Shown here: piece by piece, positions 1-9,600 of the stretch | Layout: every line of letters begins with the position of its first letter | How positions within the stretch are numbered: the stretch's first letter is position 1 | Origin: a virus | Lineage: Duplodnaviria; Caudoviricetes | IMG/VR virus record: IMGVR_UViG_3300032315_000228 | Location: 1-61,069 of that record | DNA length: 61,069 bases | Direction: 5' to 3' (one strand) | The notes under the pieces: generated by a model | Told to the model about the DNA's origin: nothing | Database searches by the model: none | Seen by the model: the letters and a program-made list of their open reading frames with translations, nothing else | Program-made: the position numbers and the translations under genes

Positions 1-123
1 CAAGCTGCTCTTGTAGCTTAAAGAATGTTGAAAGCTGAGTAACGATGTCTGCCATGACTTGGGTTTCGTCAACGGCAACGTAGGCTTCCTTCTTTTTCGC
101 CACAGGCTTGGGGCTTGCGTCGG
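1..123. repeat. Terminal direct repeat (circular-assembly overlap), copy 1
   Basis: Bases 1-123 are identical to 60947-61069; the repeat lies inside a CDS that reads through the junction. Confidence 0.97.
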
Positions 124-301
124 GCGTTGTTCCGAAGAGCTTTGCCCAGAATCCTCTGACTGCTTTGACATCTGAAGCAACTTCATCAACCGTTTTCTTG
201 ATCTCCATGAAAGACGTTTTAGCGTCTTTATAGAGTTTGCACCCCTGCTTAATAGCGGCAACGCAAGCGTTAGCGGCAAAGAGGATGCTGAGAGGATCCA
301 C
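1..301 (-). CDS. 5' part of a junction-spanning membrane/coiled-coil protein (222 aa, MDPLSILFAANACVAAIKQG...), continuing at 60946 down to 60579
   Basis: GTG at 301 after AGGAT; the frame is open across the circular junction and joins ORF 60579..61049 (301+368=669 nt). Confidence 0.85.
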   Translation of the reverse strand, partial: MDPLSILFAANACVAAIKQGCKLYKDAKTSFMEIKKTVDEVASDVKAVRGFWAKLFGTTPDASPKPVAKKKEAYVAVDETQVMADIVTQLSTFFKLQEQL

Positions 302-308
302 ATCCTAG

Positions 309-557
309 TTAGGTCTGTGGAGTTTGAGTGTCGGTTGACTCAGACTCTGTTGTCTCAGGAGTAGACAAATCAGGGAAAATGCCATCTGCTGAAAACTGAC
401 CAGTCTCAGCTTTGTAATGCCACCCTGATTGAACCTCGTCAGGACAGTAGAAAATGTTTTTCAACAGGTCAGGATGAAAACATTGTTGAATAGAAAAACC
501 ATCAACTGGTTTGACAATCTCTGCAACTGTGTTGCCTTGAATTCGTGCGTATGCCAT
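309..557 (-). CDS. Putative tail fibre assembly/accessory protein
   Basis: MAYARIQGNTVAEIV...VQSGWHY pattern; follows the Gly-rich fibre gene; ATG start at 557 preferred. Confidence 0.55.
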   Translation of the reverse strand: MAYARIQGNTVAEIVKPVDGFSIQQCFHPDLLKNIFYCPDEVQSGWHYKAETGQFSADGIFPDLSTPETTESESTDTQTPQT

Positions 558-559
558 TT

Positions 560-1321
560 TTACCACTCCACAATAACCATGCCAGAACCTGCGGGAATAG
601 TAGAGGATGAGCTTGCGCCACCGCCGGGGTATCCACCACTACCAGCACTATTCCCACTGCCACCACCTCCATTTATCCCGCCAGAGAATGGCCCACCACC
701 ACCACCAGTGCCAATAAAATCTATAGAAAATGCTGGCATTCCAGACGTTGGTTGGACTGGCGCTCCGCTACTTGTGATACCACCACCACCTGAGCCAAAA
801 ATACCGTTGCCCCCTGAGGTGGTGCCGGTGCCACCTGAGCCGCCACCTGATGCACCACTTCTTCCACCCTCACCACCAGAAACAGCGCCATTCCCGCCAT
901 TACCAAAAAGAGATGCAACACCACCTCCAGCAACCGCGTAATAACCAGAACCTCCAGTGTTATTTATGTCGCCACCTACACCGGCGCCTCCAGCCGTTGT
1001 TCCACTACTGTTTGAACCACCACCTGTTGCAGAGCAGTATGACCCAAAAGATGAAGTCCCACCAGTTGAACTAGGGCCAGTTCCACCGCCGCCAACGGTT
1101 ACAGCGACAGACGAGACCCCTGTCAAATCGTATATGGCACGCATTGTGAAGCCGCCGCCGCCGCCTCCTTGACCGCCGCCGCCGCCAAAGCAACGAGCGC
1201 GAACATTTGCAACGCCGGGCGGCACAGTCCAAGTCCCAGAGGAGCTAAAAATTCGTACTTGCCCGGTGCCAAACACTCCACTTAGTGGGTTGAAGGCGGT
1301 AGATTGAATAGGAATAGCCAT
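560..1321 (-). CDS. Glycine-rich tail fibre-associated protein
   Basis: FSSSGTWTVPPGV...GGGGG...GSGMVIVEW glycine-rich domain typical of phage tail proteins. Confidence 0.75.
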   Translation of the reverse strand: MAIPIQSTAFNPLSGVFGTGQVRIFSSSGTWTVPPGVANVRARCFGGGGGQGGGGGGFTMRAIYDLTGVSSVAVTVGGGGTGPSSTGGTSSFGSYCSATGGGSNSSGTTAGGAGVGGDINNTGGSGYYAVAGGGVASLFGNGGNGAVSGGEGGRSGASGGGSGGTGTTSGGNGIFGSGGGGITSSGAPVQPTSGMPAFSIDFIGTGGGGGPFSGGINGGGGSGNSAGSGGYPGGGASSSSTIPAGSGMVIVEW

Positions 1322-4227
1322 TATGAATTTCCTTGTAAATTAACGCTTCTGCCGTTGAAGGTTCCCTTGAGTCCATTCACAGCACCGCCTGTGGTGTCAA
1401 ATGCTCCAGCCGCAGTGCCTGTGTATGATGCGCCCAACAAAACCTGACCGTTGGTAGCTAATTGTCCAGTGGAGCCTGCTGTTGCATTTGTTATAGCAAC
1501 TCCAGCAAAAGTACCTGCGATATTAGAGGAAGTCGTTGCTGGCACAACTGGAACAGGCGCTGAAGGGGTTGTGCCTGCGGTTATGTTGTATACCGAAGAA
1601 TAACTATTCCCATTGACAATCATGTATACAGGAAAATTGGCAGAATTGTTTCTAAAGGTAATAAGACAATTATTGCCGACAAGAGGAGTAACTCGCGGCA
1701 TACCATTTAACATGGGACCAGCAGTTGTTATGTTATACGCGCTATTAGAGAAGAGCCCGCTCCCTAAATTATAACTTCCCCCTTGTTGGTAAGGCACTTG
1801 TTGCCCTTGACTCCAAGTCCCTTGCGCCGCCATAACACCAATACCAAGATTACCTGAATCGTAAGACGTTGCAAAAACTACATTTCCGTTGCCTGTCAAT
1901 CCTATGCCCATCATAGGATTAGAGGTTGGGTTGTTTGTCGAACCTACAGGCCAACTGGTCAATGACCCTGTATAAGTAATATCACCCGCCCCAGCATCAG
2001 TCATCATTGCATAGGCCGGATATCCACTATTGACAATAGTAATAACATACATCCCAGACTGCGTTGCAACCATTTGCGGACTTTGAACATAATTACCCAT
2101 AGAAAAAGTAAAAGCACTGCCGGGCGACCATGAACTTGTGCCTGTTGGTGTAAATGAACGGAAGTTTCCTGTACCACTACCAAAATAACTAATAGCAAAA
2201 CCACCCCAAGAATTCCCTGCTATAGCCATACCGTTTGGAGTTCCTGCAACCCCATACGAATATATATTTGTTAGAACAGAGTTATAAACTCTTACGGCGG
2301 CGTTAGTTCCGTCGTTGCTAAAGAAAATAGCAAAATTATTGTTCAACAACCCACATATATCGAAATTGTATTGAAGTTGAAAAGTCTGTGATGAGGTAAC
2401 TGTTGTGGTGGCAGTTAATTCATAAGCAGACGAATAAACTTGTAAAGTATATGCTGTTGTGGCGGAAGAAGCGGCAAACATTACAACAAAACCGCCGCCA
2501 GATAAAGCGGCTACCTTTACACCATAAACAACTGCTGAAGCACTACTAGTAGTTGAAACAGCAATAGTAGATAACACAACACCTGTTGAAGAGAGGACTT
2601 TTGCCGTTACATTCCGATTAGAAGAATTCCTATACGCAACGACCGCATTTCCATTTGGTAAAGAACAGCTTGCAATAGAATCAACAATAAAAGAATCAAG
2701 AGCAGCAGGCGCAATCACCGTTGTTGGGGTGTTAGTTACTACCGTTGAAGACGATACAGTTGAGTAATATGCTGGGCCAATTGGAGTTACCCCGTTCGGA
2801 GCTATAGCCCCAGTGGGTTGCCCAGTAACCAAAGTAGGAGCGCCTGCTACTGAGAGGACTGGAACAATCAAATAAGTTGATGTACTTATTTTGGCACAAA
2901 TTTGTTGTACAGGTTGCTGTGAATGGGTTGCATAATTCCAATATGCAAAAACAGAGCCACTTGATTCAAGCAAAGTGATTCGCGTTCCTAGGCTTGCGTA
3001 CCCGCCCGGTATCTGCAACGGAATTGCTCCAGTGGAATTACTGCCACTAATACAAACGCCAGATGAGTCATAGAACGCATACTGCATATTGCCAAACCCA
3101 TCAGCAAAAAACAACATTAAATTGTTTCCAGTAATGCCAAGAACACCAATATAGTAACCACCATAAGAAAATTTGGAAAAAAGATTGGCGTTAGGAATGC
3201 CAATTATTTCCGAGCCTAATGTATTGCCTGTTGGCAAAAATCGGAGCGCTGGGGTGCTGTTGCTACTAGTGGTGTTGTAATAGGCAAAAACAATAGTTGT
3301 GCCATTTGACAATACAGAGGCATCTGCGCCTGATTGATAAGCTGCGCTATTTACGGCAAAACTAGTTGATGAGACAATTGTTGTCCCAGTTGAACTGTAA
3401 ATAGCATAATTTATTGCGGTTGAACTAGTGTAATCAACACAACATACAGAGCTATCACTTCTTGAAACAAAACCAAAAGACCTTTGATTTGAAACCGATG
3501 TAAATGCTGTGATTGCGGCATATGCACCAACGCCAGTAGAACTGTAAGCCCTAATAAAAATAACTGAACTAGCATTTTTTATGGCAATTGCAAAACCACC
3601 ATTAGCAAGACTGGTCATTTCAATAGGAACTGCACCACTACCACCTGTGGACAAACTAGTATCCTGTGTAGCCGCTGTTACAACGCTTCCTGTATTGCTG
3701 TAAATTGCATAATTTGCACGGTTTGTTGAGCCGCCAGCATTATTTATCCAACCCACAGCAAAACCACCACCAGTTAAGGCAACAACACTTATTGCCGCAT
3801 AATCTAGAGTAAATGTTGCTGATATAAGTGTTGAGCTTACTACTACAGTGCCGCTGGGACTAATAATCCTGAAATAAGGACATTGCACATTTGCAGAAGC
3901 ATTTGCATGGTTAGCCCAAACTTGAACAATATTTCCATTAGTTAGAACAGCGGCAAATCTTCGAGCCGAGCCACCAGAAATACCGGTTTGCATCTGTGCA
4001 TATGAAAACGCAGGGTAAAGACTTCCACCTTCTCCATATGGGTTGTAAGGCGCTGAATTTGCAAAACTAAAATTTACTGAACTTGGCGCTGTCAAGTTAG
4101 CTGGACTCTTGTAGTCGCCATTCTGGAAGAACACAGGGTCACCAGCACTGAATCCAGTGGATGAGTAAACCTCAGTGACGTTTGTCGTGCCTGAGTTGTT
4201 GGGGAGCTGTTGAATAGAACGTGACAT
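1321..4227 (-). CDS. Large tail fibre / receptor-binding protein (968 aa)
   Basis: Ser/Thr/Gly-rich with repeated beta-blade-like motifs (AVLTNGNIVQVW, VALTGGGFAVGW, SLPNGNAVVAY, AALSGGGFVVMF); tail module context. Confidence 0.7.
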   Translation of the reverse strand: MSRSIQQLPNNSGTTNVTEVYSSTGFSAGDPVFFQNGDYKSPANLTAPSSVNFSFANSAPYNPYGEGGSLYPAFSYAQMQTGISGGSARRFAAVLTNGNIVQVWANHANASANVQCPYFRIISPSGTVVVSSTLISATFTLDYAAISVVALTGGGFAVGWINNAGGSTNRANYAIYSNTGSVVTAATQDTSLSTGGSGAVPIEMTSLANGGFAIAIKNASSVIFIRAYSSTGVGAYAAITAFTSVSNQRSFGFVSRSDSSVCCVDYTSSTAINYAIYSSTGTTIVSSTSFAVNSAAYQSGADASVLSNGTTIVFAYYNTTSSNSTPALRFLPTGNTLGSEIIGIPNANLFSKFSYGGYYIGVLGITGNNLMLFFADGFGNMQYAFYDSSGVCISGSNSTGAIPLQIPGGYASLGTRITLLESSGSVFAYWNYATHSQQPVQQICAKISTSTYLIVPVLSVAGAPTLVTGQPTGAIAPNGVTPIGPAYYSTVSSSTVVTNTPTTVIAPAALDSFIVDSIASCSLPNGNAVVAYRNSSNRNVTAKVLSSTGVVLSTIAVSTTSSASAVVYGVKVAALSGGGFVVMFAASSATTAYTLQVYSSAYELTATTTVTSSQTFQLQYNFDICGLLNNNFAIFFSNDGTNAAVRVYNSVLTNIYSYGVAGTPNGMAIAGNSWGGFAISYFGSGTGNFRSFTPTGTSSWSPGSAFTFSMGNYVQSPQMVATQSGMYVITIVNSGYPAYAMMTDAGAGDITYTGSLTSWPVGSTNNPTSNPMMGIGLTGNGNVVFATSYDSGNLGIGVMAAQGTWSQGQQVPYQQGGSYNLGSGLFSNSAYNITTAGPMLNGMPRVTPLVGNNCLITFRNNSANFPVYMIVNGNSYSSVYNITAGTTPSAPVPVVPATTSSNIAGTFAGVAITNATAGSTGQLATNGQVLLGASYTGTAAGAFDTTGGAVNGLKGTFNGRSVNLQGNS

Positions 4228-4230
4228 TTT

Positions 4231-4539
4231 TTACCCTTCGTATCCATAGACATTGACGCTCACACCTGCAACGCTGGCATAAGCAACTACCAATTTACCA
4301 GACGTGGCAACGATGCCACCGCGCTCCAAAACACTGTTTGGAGGAACCACAGTCTCAAACTCCAAGTATTCAGCCGCTGTTGGTGTTGATGCTGTGGCAA
4401 TTGCCAAATTCACCGCCACAGGAAAGCCGCTTGTGTTATTGATTGAAACATTAAACACAGATGGAGTGGCGGCAACTGTATAAACAGTAGTGTTTGTTGC
4501 CGCCGCAAGTGATGCCTGACCTAGCGTGCCTGATGCCAT
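4231..4539 (-). CDS. Small tail/virion structural protein
   Basis: 102 aa beta-rich ORF, SD AAGGAA, tail module. Confidence 0.6.
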   Translation of the reverse strand: MASGTLGQASLAAATNTTVYTVAATPSVFNVSINNTSGFPVAVNLAIATASTPTAAEYLEFETVVPPNSVLERGGIVATSGKLVVAYASVAGVSVNVYGYEG

Positions 4540-4548
4540 GTTCGTTCC

Positions 4549-5043
4549 TTAAAATTGAGCCATGTAATAAACTTTTGCCGTCGATGGCCCTGTCACTGGA
4601 GCCGCCGCGCTTACCCATCCAGAGCCCGTTGATGTTAGCAAATTACCCGCAGTTCCTGCTGATGTTAACCCAGTACCGCCATTTGCTGCTGGAAGAATTG
4701 AACTATTTGTGGCTACTAGCGTTGTTCCATCAGCGTAGATAGAACGGCTAGATGGGTAGGTTACAAATACATCTTTTGTGCCAGCAGTAAAATTGACCAA
4801 GCTACCGCCATTACTAGAAGACAGTACAGTTGTGCGGGAGAGCGTAGTGCCAGATGATGTGTATGTACCAATACCCACTTCCCACTCATTCCCTGTTTGG
4901 GATGCAATGGTGTAATAGGTCGTATTGGCATTACCAACTGCCGCAAAAGATTGAAACCCTGTGGCTGCGCCAAGCAGAGTCACCGTCCCTGTACCAGTTG
5001 TGGTAGCGGTCTCCTTTACGCGGTCTGCAAGAACTAAAGCCAT
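4549..5043 (-). CDS. Tail fibre proximal/anchor protein
   Basis: MALVLADRVKETATTTGTGT...EWEVGIGTY N-terminus common in phage tail fibre proteins. Confidence 0.7.
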   Translation of the reverse strand: MALVLADRVKETATTTGTGTVTLLGAATGFQSFAAVGNANTTYYTIASQTGNEWEVGIGTYTSSGTTLSRTTVLSSSNGGSLVNFTAGTKDVFVTYPSSRSIYADGTTLVATNSSILPAANGGTGLTSAGTAGNLLTSTGSGWVSAAAPVTGPSTAKVYYMAQF

Positions 5044-5051
5044 ATGTATCC

Positions 5052-5531
5052 TTATTCTGTCTCAACTAAAATCCAGTTGGATGTTTGAGCGGTATTGACC
5101 AAAATCCAGTAAACGGGGAAAACAGTTCCGACATTCCCCCTCGCCTGAACTCCAGACAAAGGAAACAATCTTAAAATGTCAATGTTTCCAACATTTCCTG
5201 TCGCTGAAACTCCTGTTATCGGGAAAAGCCTTACGTAAGGCGTTGTGTTAACAGCCCCGGATGCAGCCACGCCTGTTATGGCAACCGTGGTAGTCGGAAC
5301 AACTATGCCAACTAAACCTGTTGCTGAATCGGTAGACAGCCCATCACTCTTTACGAAAGCTACCGAACCAACAAAACCTGAAGCTACAACCCCTGACAAC
5401 CCAAATGACGCATCCCCAAAAGAAACAGTCCCAACCGCTCCGTCCGCAGATACCCCCGTCAGAGGAGTAGATGTTAACTGCTGACTAAGCGCAGAGAACG
5501 GGGTTTCTGCAAATGCGGATATGCCAAACAT
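5052..5531 (-). CDS. Virion structural protein with (L/I)TGVxAxGxVG repeats
   Basis: MFGISAFAETPFSAL start and repeated beta motifs; tail module. Confidence 0.6.
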   Translation of the reverse strand: MFGISAFAETPFSALSQQLTSTPLTGVSADGAVGTVSFGDASFGLSGVVASGFVGSVAFVKSDGLSTDSATGLVGIVVPTTTVAITGVAASGAVNTTPYVRLFPITGVSATGNVGNIDILRLFPLSGVQARGNVGTVFPVYWILVNTAQTSNWILVETE

Positions 5532-5546
5532 TACGGCCTATACCGT

Positions 5547-6038
5547 TCAAGTTGTTGCTAAGCGAATCAGGGCTGCGGATGTTGTGTTTGCAGGCATTGT
5601 TAACGAAAACGAACCAGCCGTAACAGTCTGCGTACCAAACGTGTGAACGCTGATAGCCTTGTTACTCTGAGTCGCGTTGTACAACAACACGCAATCAAAC
5701 GCAGTTGCCAAAGTCACTGTTGTGAAGGTCAAGTTAGCCGAAGGGGTCCAGTACGCCACACCAGCAGTCGTTGAAGTGTTGGTTGAGGCTGGCGCTGTTG
5801 CATTTGTTACCGTTATGCCGCCAGCAGTATAGTTAGTGCCGCTCACTTCGCCCGATGTTGTGTAAGCAGTGGTTGCCGCATTAATTGTTGCTGTTGTCAA
5901 ATACAAAGCCGCTTTAAGCGTGTCTGTAGTTGGTGAAGTTAGGCTGGTACGTGAGACAAGCGTTGCAGTGCCAAGTTGGTGTTCGCCAACCATAAGCTCT
6001 CTCATAAACGAAGTACACATTGATTGGGTGTTTGCCAT
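5547..6038 (-). CDS. Tail/virion structural protein, paralogue of 6250..6672
   Basis: Shared ALY...AYTTxGExSGxNYxAGG...MPAxTxxxALIRL motifs. Confidence 0.7.
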   Translation of the reverse strand: MANTQSMCTSFMRELMVGEHQLGTATLVSRTSLTSPTTDTLKAALYLTTATINAATTAYTTSGEVSGTNYTAGGITVTNATAPASTNTSTTAGVAYWTPSANLTFTTVTLATAFDCVLLYNATQSNKAISVHTFGTQTVTAGSFSLTMPANTTSAALIRLATT

Positions 6039-6047
6039 GATATTTCC

Positions 6048-6239
6048 TTAAAAAGATGCTATTGAGCTAGTGAGCGTTGCGGTTTTCTTTAACTGAACAT
6101 GCGCCGAGCGGTGGACAAGTTCGCCATCTAACCAATACTCAACCCAAGTTGTGTACTCGTTGTCATTATCAACGAAACCCTCTTTTTTCTCAAGTAGAGA
6201 GTCGTCCATGTCGCCTTTGGTTGTGGTTACAAGTGCCAT
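6048..6239 (-). CDS. Hypothetical protein (63 aa, MALVTTTKGDMD...)
   Basis: Start reassigned to ATG 6239 with SD AAAGGAA. Confidence 0.7.
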   Translation of the reverse strand: MALVTTTKGDMDDSLLEKKEGFVDNDNEYTTWVEYWLDGELVHRSAHVQLKKTATLTSSIASF

Positions 6240-6249
6240 GTTTTTTCCT

Positions 6250-6672
6250 TTAAACAAGTCTAATGAGTGCCGATGTGCTGGTGTCAGCAGGCATTGCCAC
6301 GATGAAAGTTGAAGTGGATGTTTTGTCGTTACCAAAATCCAAAACACAAACAGCGCCATCGTCACCGGGCGTATAGATCAAAGCCCCACGAGCAGTGATT
6401 GCTCCAGTCCATGCTGGGGCTGTGAATGTTACGTATGACACGCTACCGGATGCTGTAGTTTGTGAAGAAACTGTAGCCGTCACAACCTGACCCCCAGCAA
6501 CGTAATTTCCACCAGATGCTTCGCCAGTTGTTGTGTATGCCGAAGTGGTCTGATCTAGTGTGGCGTTATTGGTGTACAAAGCAAGATAGAACGTATCGGA
6601 CGTAAAGTTAATCGTGCCGTTCATCAAGCCAGCACGTAACGTATTGCAGGAGAAGTTACCGGTGAACGCCAT
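6250..6672 (-). CDS. Tail/virion structural protein, paralogue of 5547..6038
   Basis: Shared motifs as above; coupled to the upstream gene. Confidence 0.7.
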   Translation of the reverse strand: MAFTGNFSCNTLRAGLMNGTINFTSDTFYLALYTNNATLDQTTSAYTTTGEASGGNYVAGGQVVTATVSSQTTASGSVSYVTFTAPAWTGAITARGALIYTPGDDGAVCVLDFGNDKTSTSTFIVAMPADTSTSALIRLV

Positions 6673-7388
6673 TACGTAACCGCCTGTCTATACTGACCAG
6701 AGCGATAAGCGTCTTGACGCTCCATGCCGTCGCCCAGACGTTTAGCCATAGCAAGTGCTTCTTTGTACTTGCCGTCGTATAAACCAATGATGTCCGGCTC
6801 ACCCTTCATAAAGGTGTACGCCTCAACCAGTGAGCCATACAACAATACAGAGTCAAAGTTGTCACCCAGCCAAGTTGTAGTTGCTGTAGTGATTGACTCG
6901 GGGTAATAGTAGTAATGCAACTCTACGTAATACGTGGAATCAGGTGTTGGCCCAAGAATAAGAGACAACTCGGTTGTAATGGATAAATTAATAAGTGTTG
7001 GGCCAAACAAAGCGTAATATTTTGGCACGCCTGTGTCATTCGGGCTTGGGTACGCCTGACGGATAAAATTCACATCCTTATTGAGTAAATACTCAAACGT
7101 GCCTGTATCCAAGTTTCCGCCAGTTACACCTGTTACCAATGCCAAAGAATAAACAGACAAGAAGTCATTTGGTAAAGATACGTACTTGTTGTTTGCTGTA
7201 ATTGCGGTGTATTGGTTCTTGCGCAATGACGGGAACTGCACTGAGTTGTATATACGTTGTTCAGCCTGCGTAATGAAAGTATTGATCTGCGTGGTTGCAG
7301 ATACAGTACTCCCGTTCGCAAGGTATACATCGGGGAACTGGTTCTCCGTGTATGTCTGAATCGTGTTATACAACTCGGTGTAATTCAT
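6672..7388 (-). CDS. Head-tail adaptor-like protein
   Basis: MNYTEL...FITQAEQRI...GPTPD..Y.VELHY...LLYGSLVEA pattern of podovirus adaptor proteins. Confidence 0.65.
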   Translation of the reverse strand: MNYTELYNTIQTYTENQFPDVYLANGSTVSATTQINTFITQAEQRIYNSVQFPSLRKNQYTAITANNKYVSLPNDFLSVYSLALVTGVTGGNLDTGTFEYLLNKDVNFIRQAYPSPNDTGVPKYYALFGPTLINLSITTELSLILGPTPDSTYYVELHYYYYPESITTATTTWLGDNFDSVLLYGSLVEAYTFMKGEPDIIGLYDGKYKEALAMAKRLGDGMERQDAYRSGQYRQAVT

Positions 7389-7651
7389 GCCATTGGGCCT
7401 CGTGCCATCAGACCTTTAGTAGCCGCGCCAGTGCCACGAACTTTAATACCACTGGTTTTAACCTGCTCATCGCCAGCAGCTTTGCTGATGTTGCCAACGC
7501 TCATGTTGACCGTGTCAGCTTTGCTGCGGTTTGGCATAGAACCCGGAGTGGAAGAAATACCCACAGCCTTACCAGACATAGTGTGTGGTTGTGCATAGAC
7601 GCTGGCACCGCCAACTTCTTTACCGTCTCGTTTCATGCTGAATTTAGCCAT
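7385..7651 (-). CDS. Small basic virion-associated protein
   Basis: C-terminal VRGTGAATKG motif; late operon. Confidence 0.6.
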   Translation of the reverse strand: MAKFSMKRDGKEVGGASVYAQPHTMSGKAVGISSTPGSMPNRSKADTVNMSVGNISKAAGDEQVKTSGIKVRGTGAATKGLMARGPMA

Positions 7652-7830
7652 TATTTGCCTCGCTGATTTGCAACTTTAGCCATATTACGGCCCATACTCA
7701 GCATCATCTCATTGGTCTTGCCGCCTTTGGCTAGTTTAGTCATAGGCTTGCCGGGATGAAGCTTTTTCTCATGCTTGTGCACTGCGCCAGCAATCATCTT
7801 TTTGTCCTGCTTTAAATCTTTCTTGTCCAT
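7651..7830 (-). CDS. Small basic protein (59 aa, MDKKDLKQDKKMI...KLAKGGKT...), below the ORF-track cutoff
   Basis: ATG 7830 with SD TAGGAG; TAA at 7651-7653 overlaps the next ATG. Confidence 0.8.
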   Translation of the reverse strand: MDKKDLKQDKKMIAGAVHKHEKKLHPGKPMTKLAKGGKTNEMMLSMGRNMAKVANQRGK

Positions 7831-7839
7831 GATTAACTC

Positions 7840-8229
7840 CTAAGTTACGCTTACCGTTACTGTACCAAGTTCTACAGCTAAAACCAAGTTATTTGGCGTT
7901 AGCCCCGCGTCATTTGCCTGAGATCCACCAACAGGGTTCCAACCCCACTGAAAGATCCGACTACCGCCCCCGTTGAAACCATCCTCCAGCAAGCCAGATA
8001 CTTGGTAACTCAAGTCAGGACGCGGGTCGCGCACCCCTTGCGGGTCATCCACTGGGTACATACCCAACTGCAACTGCGGCTGATCTGGATCCCAGCACTG
8101 AGGGCACACTTTTAAGTCATAGACTTTTGTCTTGACCACCAGCTTTTTAAGCGCCGTAAGCTTGTACCTGAAGCCGCACCGGTCGCACTCGGCAATCGAG
8201 TTTTTGCCACTGGCAAACCGGTTCCCCAT
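7840..8229 (-). CDS. Zn-ribbon-containing late protein
   Basis: CDRC...CPQC motifs, DPDQPQL. Confidence 0.7.
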   Translation of the reverse strand: MGNRFASGKNSIAECDRCGFRYKLTALKKLVVKTKVYDLKVCPQCWDPDQPQLQLGMYPVDDPQGVRDPRPDLSYQVSGLLEDGFNGGGSRIFQWGWNPVGGSQANDAGLTPNNLVLAVELGTVTVSVT

Positions 8230-9164
8230 TATCCGCCTCCAATGAACATCTGCCTAGGCACAAGACGCAGCGCGGCGCGTTCCTGATCCTCGTCAGCCGC
8301 TGTCATCCATGCCTCGTCATACTGCTGTTTCAGTATCCCAAGGCGTTCCATACCGCCGGGCACCTTAAGCGCAATGTAATAGGCTAATCCAGCCACCATA
8401 CAAGGCACAAAACGGAAGGGAACATCCATCACATTGACACCGCTACCGGCATCTTGGACGCGACGCATACGCCAGTAGACAAATTGATATGTCTGGGAGC
8501 CGTCCGGCGTAGGCCACATGGTCACGCGGGGTACGTTGTTGATATAAATCTTGGCATTCGCACTTGCGGTGTGTGCCGCAGCCGTTGTTCCGTTCTGTCC
8601 ACGGAAACAATTGCTCAAAGTATTACCATCAATGTAGTTGTAGAAGATGGTTTCGCTGTCAAGGTTGATGTACCCAATGGCAGGAAGCCCAACCACGCTG
8701 GACAATACGATGGACGTGTCTGTTGCGTTGATACTGGTTGCCAAAACCGCCGTTGTTGGCATGATTTGGCCATCCAACCGCTGATACCAGACCTGAATTG
8801 GTCTCGCTTGGGTCAACTTGTTTGGTAGGGTGGCGTATGTAGAAACGCTGATGCGAGTAATTGTTAAATCGGCTTGGGTTGCCGCTACGTTTGCCTGTGT
8901 TCGGATGACGTGATCGAGCAAATCGACGGTATCTGTGGGGATTGTATAGGTGTTCAAGCCTTGAGTTAGGGTGATCGTGCCCTGCTCGAACGTCCACATA
9001 TTGATACCGCGATTTGCCCAGTCAGCAAACAACAAATTCAGCGACCGGCGAGCCGTTTTAAGGTCATAACCTGTACGCAACTCTGAACCAGCACGCTCAA
9101 AAGCCTCCTCCACCAGTTCGGTGAGGTCTAAATTAAAGCCTGCTGCCCCAGAGGTTGTTGCCAT
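8229..9164 (-). CDS. Head-tail connector/adaptor-like protein with an inserted beta domain
   Basis: EEAFERAG...ARRSLNLLFADWANRG N-terminus and PFRFVPCMVAGLAYY C-terminus. Confidence 0.65.
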   Translation of the reverse strand: MATTSGAAGFNLDLTELVEEAFERAGSELRTGYDLKTARRSLNLLFADWANRGINMWTFEQGTITLTQGLNTYTIPTDTVDLLDHVIRTQANVAATQADLTITRISVSTYATLPNKLTQARPIQVWYQRLDGQIMPTTAVLATSINATDTSIVLSSVVGLPAIGYINLDSETIFYNYIDGNTLSNCFRGQNGTTAAAHTASANAKIYINNVPRVTMWPTPDGSQTYQFVYWRMRRVQDAGSGVNVMDVPFRFVPCMVAGLAYYIALKVPGGMERLGILKQQYDEAWMTAADEDQERAALRLVPRQMFIGGG

Positions 9165-9367
9165 TAAATTGTCTCCGCAGTCTCATACGCTTTTAAAAGC
9201 GCTTTTAACCGTTCAATTTCCTTGTCTCTCTCTTCCAGCTTGCGCATAAGGCTGTCATTCATATCAGCCCACATCACAATTTGTTCCATGCGTTGCTTAT
9301 GATCCCTATGCATGATCTCAAACATGCGCTCAGACATCTCAATTTGCTTTTGGATGAAAGTAACCAT
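9164..9367 (-). CDS. Hypothetical coiled-coil protein
   Basis: Translationally coupled at both ends (TAATG overlaps). Confidence 0.6.
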   Translation of the reverse strand: MVTFIQKQIEMSERMFEIMHRDHKQRMEQIVMWADMNDSLMRKLEERDKEIERLKALLKAYETAETI

Positions 9368-9600
9368 TATCTAAATCCTGCCGTTTTCTTTGCCACTTTG
9401 GGTGGCTGTTTTACGAACTGCTTCCCTTTAGCTTTGCCAGCACGTTTTGCGCGTGTTGTTGCAGCGTACTCAGAAGGGCTAAGAGCTTTAATTGCAGCTT
9501 CAGGGAGGTATCTTTCACCTGTGTCAGAAGATTTTTTACCACTTTTGGTTCTCCATTTTTGGTCACCCCAGTTTTTAAGGGAGGTCTGCGGCGCTTTCAA
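9367..9600 (-). CDS. Small basic protein (MKAPQTSLKNWGDQKW...ERYLP), DUF5872-like C-terminal half
   Basis: TTG start at 9600 overlaps the TGA of the upstream gene; family call from recollection of motifs. Confidence 0.6.
   Translation of the reverse strand: MKAPQTSLKNWGDQKWRTKSGKKSSDTGERYLPEAAIKALSPSEYAATTRAKRAGKAKGKQFVKQPPKVAKKTAGFR

Noticed and set aside
1-123. 123-bp terminal repeat as a biological direct terminal repeat
   Set aside because: It lies in the middle of a CDS that reads through the junction, so an assembler overlap of a circular or permuted genome is more likely
429-941. Proline-rich 170-aa + strand ORF and the many other antisense ORFs in the track
   Set aside because: These are shadow frames of the Gly-rich or other real genes on the opposite strand and lack SDs
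560-4227. Diversity-generating retroelement acting on tail fibres
   Set aside because: No reverse transcriptase and no template/variable repeat pair seen
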